This document shows, piece by piece, positions 57,124-64,000 of a stretch of DNA of 64,000 bases; positions within the stretch are counted from its first letter, which is position 1, and each line of letters begins with the position of its first letter. The stretch covers positions 103,846-167,845 of the forward strand of contig JAEZTF010000007.1 in the NCBI GenBank assembly GCA_023443725.1. Reading direction: 5' to 3'. The notes below the pieces were generated by a model. The model was not told where the DNA came from. It ran no database searches and saw only the letters and a list, made by a program, of their open reading frames with translations. A program made the translations under genes and the position numbers. This DNA is from Candidatus Parcubacteria bacterium (GTDB taxonomy: Bacteria; Patescibacteriota; Microgenomatia; UBA12405).

Positions 57124-58125
57124 TCACCTTAAAGCTCTTCTATAAGTTTCCAAATTTTCGATCGCCATCCCCGTTCCTTTGATGACACAAAACTGCGATT
57201 CTAGAGCTACATGTGCCGACACTCCTATCTCTCTAGTAACCAAGATATTAAACCCTTTTAGTTGGACTGTTCCTCCACTTAAAACTATCCCTCTTTCCAT
57301 AATATCTGACACCAATTCAGGTGGAGTTACTTCCAAAGTATCTTTAATTACCATCACCATTGAATCAAGGACTGGCCTTATTGCTTCATAAACTTCATCG
57401 TTATTTATTTCTAAGTTTTTTGGTAACCCATAAATCGAATCTCTACCACTTATTTCCATAACTTCAATTTTCTTTGGTTTAATTGCACTTCCCATTTGAA
57501 TTTTAATTAATTCAGCTGTTTGTTCTCCCACAATCAAGTTATATTTTTTCTTTAAATAATCCATTATTGCCTGATCAATTTTATTTCCACCAATCTTAAC
57601 TGATCGATGAACTACCACTCCTCCCAAGGCTACCACTGCCGCTTCTGCTGCTCCACCACCAATATCTACAATCATATTTCCAAAAGCTTCAGATACTGGA
57701 ATTTTAGCTCCAATTGCTGCAGCTAAAGGTTCATCAATTAAATAAGCTTTTCTAGCTCCAGCCGATAAAGCCGCATCTACTACTGCCCTTTGCTCTACCT
57801 GAGTTATCCCTGCCGGCACGCAAATCATTACTTCCGGACCAAAAAACCAATTATTTCCCATGACTTTACGTAAAAAATATCGAAGCATTGCTTCGGTTAC
57901 TTCATAATCAGCAATTACTCCATCTTCTAATGGTCTAATAACCTCAATATATTCTGGCGTTTTACCTAGCATTTTTTTAGCTTCATTACCCACGGCCAAC
58001 ACTTTCCTATCATCAATACCTACTGCTACCACAGTTGGTTCGTTTAAAACAATACCCTTATCTGCTTCCCAAACAATCGAGTTGGCTGTTCCTAAATCTA
58101 TTGCTAACTTCTTAAACAATTTCAT
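57124..58125 (-). CDS. mreB: rod-shape-determining protein MreB
   Basis: DLGTANSIV, IVDIGGGAAEAAVVALGGVV and LSGGTVQLKG motifs. Confidence 0.9.
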   Translation of the reverse strand: MKLFKKLAIDLGTANSIVWEADKGIVLNEPTVVAVGIDDRKVLAVGNEAKKMLGKTPEYIEVIRPLEDGVIADYEVTEAMLRYFLRKVMGNNWFFGPEVMICVPAGITQVEQRAVVDAALSAGARKAYLIDEPLAAAIGAKIPVSEAFGNMIVDIGGGAAEAAVVALGGVVVHRSVKIGGNKIDQAIMDYLKKKYNLIVGEQTAELIKIQMGSAIKPKKIEVMEISGRDSIYGLPKNLEINNDEVYEAIRPVLDSMVMVIKDTLEVTPPELVSDIMERGIVLSGGTVQLKGFNILVTREIGVSAHVALESQFCVIKGTGMAIENLETYRRALR

Positions 58126-58192
58126 AACTTTATTCTATCTAATCCATGGATTACAATCCACGGTCTGTCTACTTTTGATATATAATATATCC

Positions 58193-59401
58193 ATGAATCA
58201 ACACTCTAATAAAAAAAGTCTTTTATTAATAAGTATTGTCTCTTTTTCAATTGTTTTTTTAACTTTAGTAATTTCTTTTATCGCCAGAGGTTACAAAATA
58301 AATCTCAAACAAGGAACTATTTTAACTGCTACCGGAATTCTTTCAGCTACTTCTGAACCAAAAGGTGCATCAGTTTATTTAGATGAAAAGCTAGTTACTG
58401 CTACCGACAATACTCTTAATCTTAGTCCAGATACATACACCGTAAAAATTGTTAAAGATGGTTACCTTCCTTGGCAAAAAACAATTCAAATTAAAAAAGA
58501 AACTGTTTATCAAACCAATACTCAACTTTTTAGATCAGTTCCAGATCTTAAACCAATTACTTACACTGGGGCCATTAATCCTATTGTTAGTCCAGACAAT
58601 ACTAAAATTGTTTATGCTGTTGCTTCTGCTTCTGCTTCAGTTGATAACGGTCTTTATTTAATGGAATTAACCAATTCTTTTTCTTTAAACTTTACCAAGA
58701 ATACCGCCAAACAACTTAGTCAAAATTTAGCCAATATTAATTGGGCAGACTTTACATTTGAATTTTCCCCTAATTCCCGACAAGTCTTAGCTACTAATTC
58801 TCTTAAGAATGTTGCCTATTTAATTTCTCTTGATACTGCTATCAATCCAAAAAATCTTTATGATGTCACTCCAACTTTAAATACTATTAAAACTGATTGG
58901 CAAGATCAATTAAGTCAACAAATGAACTCTAAATTAGCCAAAGTTCCCACTGTTCTTCAAGGACTTATTTCTACTGCTTCAGCCCAAGATCTTCAATTTT
59001 CTGCAAGCGAAGAAAAAATTCTTTTCTTAGCTCAGAAAGATGGTAATTTAGAAACTAATCTTATTACTCCTCCACCAAGCCAAAGCACTCAGAAACAATC
59101 TCGTGATATCAAAGCTGGTAATTATTACGTCTACGATCTAAAAGACGATACCAGCTTTCTTATTGGTTCCAAGAACGACATTCATAATCTCACTTGGTTA
59201 GACAGCTCCGATAATATCGTTTTTACCAATCTTCAAACTATTAAAGTTGCCGATTATGATGGTACCAATCAACAAACCCTTTTTGCTGGTAACTTTAATT
59301 CCAATACCGTCTTCCCTATGCCAGGCGGCAGTAAGATAACCACTATCACCTCTCCATACTCTGGAGCTCCAGAAAATCTCTATACCATCTCTATTAAATA
59401 G
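58193..59401 (+). CDS. PEGA-domain membrane-anchored protein with beta-propeller-like C-terminal region
   Basis: Signal anchor, then a PEGA-like segment (SEPKGASVYLDEKLVTATDNTLNLSPDTYTVKIVKDGYLPWQ), then repeats resembling TolB/WD40. The ORF-track start at 58082 overlaps mreB and is probably too early. Confidence 0.55.
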   Translation: MNQHSNKKSLLLISIVSFSIVFLTLVISFIARGYKINLKQGTILTATGILSATSEPKGASVYLDEKLVTATDNTLNLSPDTYTVKIVKDGYLPWQKTIQIKKETVYQTNTQLFRSVPDLKPITYTGAINPIVSPDNTKIVYAVASASASVDNGLYLMELTNSFSLNFTKNTAKQLSQNLANINWADFTFEFSPNSRQVLATNSLKNVAYLISLDTAINPKNLYDVTPTLNTIKTDWQDQLSQQMNSKLAKVPTVLQGLISTASAQDLQFSASEEKILFLAQKDGNLETNLITPPPSQSTQKQSRDIKAGNYYVYDLKDDTSFLIGSKNDIHNLTWLDSSDNIVFTNLQTIKVADYDGTNQQTLFAGNFNSNTVFPMPGGSKITTITSPYSGAPENLYTISIK

Positions 59402-59407
59402 ATAAAT

Positions 59408-59629
59408 TTATCTATTTAAATCACTTAGATCGATTTCAGCATTTGGTAAAACAATATTCACATTATCAACTTCCTCTACTTCAACTACAGTTTCATCTCC
59501 TAAGACCTGAGATTTTGAAGAAACCATAATATTGTTTACTTCTACAAATTTTAATGACATTAACCCAAACATTGATATTACAAAGCAAACTATTAGTGTT
59601 CTAATATTTCTTTCTTGTTTTGTCATCAT
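59408..59629 (-). CDS. hypothetical small single-TM protein (FtsL/FtsB-like topology)
   Basis: 73 aa with one TM helix (LIVCFVISMFGLMSL). Speculative. Confidence 0.3.
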   Translation of the reverse strand: MMTKQERNIRTLIVCFVISMFGLMSLKFVEVNNIMVSSKSQVLGDETVVEVEEVDNVNIVLPNAEIDLSDLNR

Positions 59630-59843
59630 AATATAAAGTCTAATGTCTTTTTATCCCCTAGTCAAGGCCAGAAATTAATCTTAAATTGATTAGCAATTAA
59701 ACTTAAAAACTGCCATTTAAATTTTATTTAAATAATCAAAATATATACAATATATACCTTATACATCAATACCTATTACTTAATTCTCTATCATTTTAGT
59801 TCTGAGATATAATAGTGTACCTTTAACATTTCGGGGATTAGCG

Positions 59844-59869
59844 CAACCTGCCTGCCGGCAGGCAGGTTG
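59844..59869. repeat. 26-bp perfect GC-rich palindrome CAACCTGCCTGCC|GGCAGGCAGGTTG
   Basis: Exact inverted repeat upstream of the tRNA-Pro/Arg pair. Stands out in an AT-rich spacer. Confidence 0.7.
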
Positions 59870-59917
59870 GCTAGCACGGTCCGATGTCCATCGGACAGAC
59901 TGCACATACAAAATTAA

Positions 59918-59993
59918 CAGGAATTAGCGTAACTGGTAACGCGCGCGATTCGGGTTCGCGAGACTAGGAGTTCGAATCTCCTATTCCTGACCA
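59918..59993 (+). tRNA. tRNA-Pro (anticodon CGG), CCA encoded
   Basis: Acceptor CAGGAAT/ATTCCTG, anticodon stem CGCGA/TCGCG with loop TTCGGGT, T-loop TTCGAAT, ends ACCA. Confidence 0.8.
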
Positions 59994-59994
59994 T

Positions 59995-60066
59995 GTCCTC
60001 ATAGTTCAATGGATAGAACGGCCGCCTCCTAAGCAGCAAATCCAGGTCCGATTCCTGGTGGGGACA
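59995..60066 (+). tRNA. tRNA-Arg (anticodon CCU)
   Basis: Acceptor GTCCTCA/TGGGGAC, D-arm GTTCAATGGATAGAAC, anticodon loop CTCCTAA (one stem mismatch), T-arm CCAGG-TCCGATT-CCTGG. Confidence 0.7.
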
Positions 60067-60628
60067 CAAAGTAAGTCTTAGTTTCATTTTTTTACTAAAT
60101 TCTCTGTTTTTAAGCTCTTAAAACATCTATTTACCGCATATTTTGAACACAAAAATATAACTATAACCGCATTATTTTAATGTATTCCGCAAATTAACCG
60201 TATTGAACTTAAAAATATTTTTTATATTTTTTCTCCGAATTTAATATTTTAAAAATAACTTACCTAAATATATCAATTAAATCTAAAATAAATAATAATT
60301 ACCGCATTAACTAAAATATATTCAATTGATCTTTCTTTTTTTTATTTTTTCTTATCATTTTCTAATATTTTTTCACTGTCCAAAATCTTGTCTATAAACA
60401 TAAAAAATAATATATCAATCAATTACAAATACCTTTTTCAACATCTTCCCTAATTCATTAATTTATTAATATTTCTTTACTTTAGAATCTATTAAAATTT
60501 GATTGTTAAAAGTTACTTTTTTACCTCAAAACTCAATAAAAATCATTTACCAATATACATAGCAGACAAATTTTTTATTGCTAAATAGTTATTACACTAC
60601 TCTGTTATGACAACCAAAGCTAAAATTA

Positions 60629-61900
60629 TTACTTATTAGCAATAATTACTCTTTTTATCTTTTTATTTTCAAAAATCTCTCCGGCTAGCCTTTTAAGGCT
60701 TTTCAAATCAATCTTTGTATATCTTTTTATTTCAGAATCAATCATTTCTACCTTACCATCTAAAAGTAATTTTTCTCCAACAAAGCCACTTATATAGCTA
60801 GTTTTGTCCATGGCTAATTTTGTTTTACCAATTAAAAAATCCTTAGCTCGATTTAATTCCTCTTCGTTTAAAGATTCTTTTAATCCTTTTAATTCATTAC
60901 TAACTATCTCCATTGCCTCATCAAGCTTCTCTAAAGTCACTCCAGATTGAACTCCCCAATATCCATCTTCACTGAAGTCTTCGCTTATAGAAAAGACATA
61001 ATAAGCTAAAGCTCTTTCTTCTCTTATTTTTTGATACAACCTAGACGAACTATTACCACTCAAAATTAAATCCAATAGTCTAAATTCATACTTTCTCTTA
61101 TCTTCTCTTCCAAAAGTTGGCACTGCCATAGCAAAATGGCCCTGTTCAACTTCTTTTTTAATCACCTTTTTTTCTTTATCAGTTAATATTATTTCTATGT
61201 TCGGTAATTTTTCTTTGTTTTCATTAATAAAACTTCCAAAATATTTTTCCACTTCACTAGAGACTCCCAAATCAACGTTTCCAGCTATTACTATTACCAT
61301 ATCTTCTGGATTTATAAATTTATTTCTGTAGTTAATTACTTTTTGTCGATTTATTGGTTTTATATCTCTTACTTCACCGGCAATATTCCAACAACCAATT
61401 TTTGATTTTCCATAAAGAAATTTAGTCATCTCAGCCGACAAACCCATCATTGGATTATCTTGGTACATCCTAATTTCTTCGATTATTACTCCTCTTTCTT
61501 TCAAAACTTCTTCATCATCATAGATCGAATTGAACAAGATATCTGATAGCATCTCCAAAGCCCAAGGAATATTTTCTTTAATAGTCGTAATATGGTAAGA
61601 AGTCATTTCATGACCAGTACCAGCATTGTAACTAGCTCCCTTAGAATCCATCTCCTTATTAATTAAAACTGCCGATGGTCTTTTTTGAGTTCCTTTAAAA
61701 GCCATATGTTCCAAGAAATGACTCATTCCAAATTCACCATTGATTTCATATTTTGAACCTATTTTAAAAAATACTTCCACCGTCACCGAATTAAGGCCTT
61801 TAAGAGGAATAACCACTCCTTTAGCTCCATTTTTTAGTTTAAATTCTTTAAATTTCATTTTTAGTCTTTTTTTCGATCTTTCAAGTAATTTGATAGTCAT
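60629..61900 (-). CDS. M16-family zinc peptidase (pitrilysin-like)
   Basis: Inverted zinc motif HFLEHMAFKGT (HxxEH). Confidence 0.8.
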   Translation of the reverse strand: MTIKLLERSKKRLKMKFKEFKLKNGAKGVVIPLKGLNSVTVEVFFKIGSKYEINGEFGMSHFLEHMAFKGTQKRPSAVLINKEMDSKGASYNAGTGHEMTSYHITTIKENIPWALEMLSDILFNSIYDDEEVLKERGVIIEEIRMYQDNPMMGLSAEMTKFLYGKSKIGCWNIAGEVRDIKPINRQKVINYRNKFINPEDMVIVIAGNVDLGVSSEVEKYFGSFINENKEKLPNIEIILTDKEKKVIKKEVEQGHFAMAVPTFGREDKRKYEFRLLDLILSGNSSSRLYQKIREERALAYYVFSISEDFSEDGYWGVQSGVTLEKLDEAMEIVSNELKGLKESLNEEELNRAKDFLIGKTKLAMDKTSYISGFVGEKLLLDGKVEMIDSEIKRYTKIDLKSLKRLAGEIFENKKIKRVIIANK

Positions 61901-61972
61901 TAGCAGTTAAATCACAAAACTGCTTGATATATTTTGTAATATTATATTGAGTTAATTAATTTAACTAGATCT

Positions 61973-64000
61973 TTATATTACTAAGTTTACCATCTTAGCT
62001 GGTATATATATCTCTTTAACTATCTTTTTGTCTCCCAACCATTTTATTATCTCATTATTTTCTTTAGCCATTTTTAAAACCATCTCTTTGTTATTAATTT
62101 CTTTATTATCAACTAAGATACTACTTCTGACTTTTCCATTGATAGCCACCATTACTTTGATCTCTTTATCTATTAAATATTTTTCATTTACTTCTGGCCA
62201 AGCACTTTGATGAATTGATTCATTATCTAACTGACTGTAAAGTTCTTCGACTGTATAAGGAGCTAATGGAGCCAATAATTTTAAAATCTTTTTTATATCT
62301 TCAATTGATATATTTATTGATTTACTTACAGTTAAACCATTTAACATTTCCATCATCTTGGCAATAGCTGTATTGTATTTAAAAGCTTCGAGATCCTCTG
62401 TCACTCCTTTAATAGTCTTGTTTATAATCATACTAACTTCATCACTGCTAACAGTTTCGTTATTTGACTGATTAGTAAATTGTCCAATAAACTTCTCAAA
62501 TCTATCTAAAAATCTTTTAACTCCCATTAAAGTTTTTTCATTCCAAGCCATAGTTGAATCAAATGGACCCATAAACATTAAATACATTCGGGTTACATCA
62601 ACTCCATATTTATCCGCTACAGTTTCTGGAATTATCACATTACCTCGAGATTTACTCATTCTTTGATTATCTGGACCCAAAATTACCCCATGAGAGATTC
62701 TTTTATAATATGGCTCAGGATTCCCTTCTGGTAAAACCCCTAAGTCATATAAAAATTTATAAATGAATCGAGAATATAACAAATGAAGTACATTGTGTTC
62801 ATCACCACCTATATAAACATCTACCGGTGACCAATATTTTAGTTCCTTTTGACTATCACTAAATATATCATCATCTATATCATTCAAAGCTAAATTGCGG
62901 TTTATTTTGGAAGCTATAATATAACCCAAAAAATACCAATCACTACCCGCCCAATTTGGCATCGTGTCGGTTTCTCTTTCGGCATCTCCACCACAAACAG
63001 GACATTTACACTTTACAAAAGATTCAATTTTAGACAATGGACTCTTACCATCATCAGTTGGTTCATATGCTTCTACTTCTGGTAACACTATAGGTAATTG
63101 TTCATCTGGTACTGGCACCCAAGCACATTTTGGACACTTAATCATTGGAATTGGTTCTCCCCAATAATGTTGACGACTAAAAATCCAATCTCTTAAATGA
63201 TAAGAAGCGGTTTTTTCTCCAATCCCTTTATTTTCTAACCAATTAATCATCTCCTTAATTGCTTTCTCTTTAGTTAATCCATTTAAAAATTCCGAATTAA
63301 TTACCTTTTCTTTTTCATCATAGACACTAATGATTTTTAAATCAAATTTTTTAGCAAATTCTTCATCTCTTTCATCATGAGCTGGTACCGACATTATTGC
63401 TCCAGTGCCATAACTTGCCAATACAAAGTCACTTATCCAAATTGGAATTTCTTTATTATTAACTGGGTTAATGGCATAAAGACCACTAAATACTCCCGTT
63501 TTATCTTTATTTAACTCTGTCCTTTCCATTTCCGATTTTTTACGCGCATCTTTTACATAATTATTTATTTCCTCTTTTATTGTTTTACTAATAGCTACTT
63601 CGCTAATTAACTTACTAACTAATTCGTGTTCTGGGGCTATCACCATAAAAGTGGCTCCAAAAAGAGTGTCTGGTCTAGTGGTAAACACCTCTAAACTTTC
63701 TTCATTATCCTTGATTTGAAATTTTACTTTTGCTCCTTCTGATTTCCCAATCCAATTAATTTGTTGTTGTTTTACCTTTTCAATAAAATCAGTTTTTTCT
63801 AATCCCTCAATTAATTTATCAGCATATTCTGTTATTTTAACTACCCATTGAGATATATTTCGTCTGGATACCTCAGCTCCACATCTCTCACATTTTCCAT
63901 CAACTACTTCTTCATTAGCCAAACCAATTTTACAAGATGGACACCAATTAATCGGCATCTCTTTCTTGTATGCCAAACCCTTTTTAAATAGTTGAATAAA
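61973..64000 (-). CDS. leuS: leucyl-tRNA synthetase, C-terminal about two-thirds (continues beyond the window end)
   Basis: GLAYKKEMPINWCPSCKIGLANEEV..., KMSKSRGNV and the anticodon-binding C-terminus. The reading frame stays open upstream of 63976 to the window edge. Confidence 0.85.
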   Translation of the reverse strand, partial: FIQLFKKGLAYKKEMPINWCPSCKIGLANEEVVDGKCERCGAEVSRRNISQWVVKITEYADKLIEGLEKTDFIEKVKQQQINWIGKSEGAKVKFQIKDNEESLEVFTTRPDTLFGATFMVIAPEHELVSKLISEVAISKTIKEEINNYVKDARKKSEMERTELNKDKTGVFSGLYAINPVNNKEIPIWISDFVLASYGTGAIMSVPAHDERDEEFAKKFDLKIISVYDEKEKVINSEFLNGLTKEKAIKEMINWLENKGIGEKTASYHLRDWIFSRQHYWGEPIPMIKCPKCAWVPVPDEQLPIVLPEVEAYEPTDDGKSPLSKIESFVKCKCPVCGGDAERETDTMPNWAGSDWYFLGYIIASKINRNLALNDIDDDIFSDSQKELKYWSPVDVYIGGDEHNVLHLLYSRFIYKFLYDLGVLPEGNPEPYYKRISHGVILGPDNQRMSKSRGNVIIPETVADKYGVDVTRMYLMFMGPFDSTMAWNEKTLMGVKRFLDRFEKFIGQFTNQSNNETVSSDEVSMIINKTIKGVTEDLEAFKYNTAIAKMMEMLNGLTVSKSINISIEDIKKILKLLAPLAPYTVEELYSQLDNESIHQSAWPEVNEKYLIDKEIKVMVAINGKVRSSILVDNKEINNKEMVLKMAKENNEIIKWLGDKKIVKEIYIPAKMVNLVI

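Noticed and set aside
59823-59917. Possible extra tRNA or tmRNA 5' end (GGGGATTAGCGC...)
   Set aside because: No D-loop or T-loop consensus, no matching acceptor 3' strand on either strand, and no tmRNA-like 3' tRNA-Ala domain. It is kept only as an unusual palindrome-containing element.
1-64000. CRISPR arrays, rRNA genes, transposases, integrases, reverse transcriptase (DGR/retron)
   Set aside because: A scan found no regularly spaced direct repeats with unique spacers, no rRNA-like conserved blocks, and no ORF with DDE, tyrosine-recombinase or RT (YxDD) motifs.

Overview
This 64 kb window is AT-rich (about 30% GC by eye) and gene-dense, with the gene content and architecture of a reduced Patescibacteria/CPR-like genome. 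It carries core translation genes (secE-nusG-rplK-rplA, rplJ-rplL, rpmB, rpmG, def, fmt, a leuS fragment and nine tRNAs) and nucleotide metabolism genes (nrdR-nrdJ with a PduO-type adenosyltransferase, thyX-tmk-prs-glyA, dCMP deaminase, upp). Cell-envelope genes include two MreB paralogs, ddl, a MurF-like ligase, murB, a TagGH-like ABC exporter, an O-antigen-ligase-like protein, several glycosyltransferases and galU/manC/epimerase sugar-nucleotide genes. Recombination genes ruvC, ruvA and ruvB are contiguous. Scattered among these are short islets of clearly higher GC (about 40-48%) with near-consensus TTGACA-17-TATAAT promoters, strong Shine-Dalgarno sites and long hairpin terminators: 17.07-18.9 kb, 31.4-33.05 kb, 42.05-43.9 kb, 50.5-51.1 kb, and to a lesser extent 13.2-13.4 kb and 55.2-55.9 kb. 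The most striking is a two-cassette module at 17.07-18.9 kb in which a 20-nt repeat, a promoter and a covarying 47-nt leader hairpin are duplicated in front of two unrelated membrane-protein genes. Further observations include a tRNA-Trp 3'-end direct repeat that brackets a single methyltransferase gene, a small Lys-rich histone-tail-like peptide gene behind phased AGGCATTT repeats, a tandem NrdR operator, a 26-bp perfect GC palindrome ahead of tRNA-Pro/Arg, and ACCGCAT repeats in a 560-bp AT-rich spacer. No CRISPR array, rRNA, integrase, transposase or reverse transcriptase was seen. All functional calls rest on motif recognition from translated sequence without database searches.
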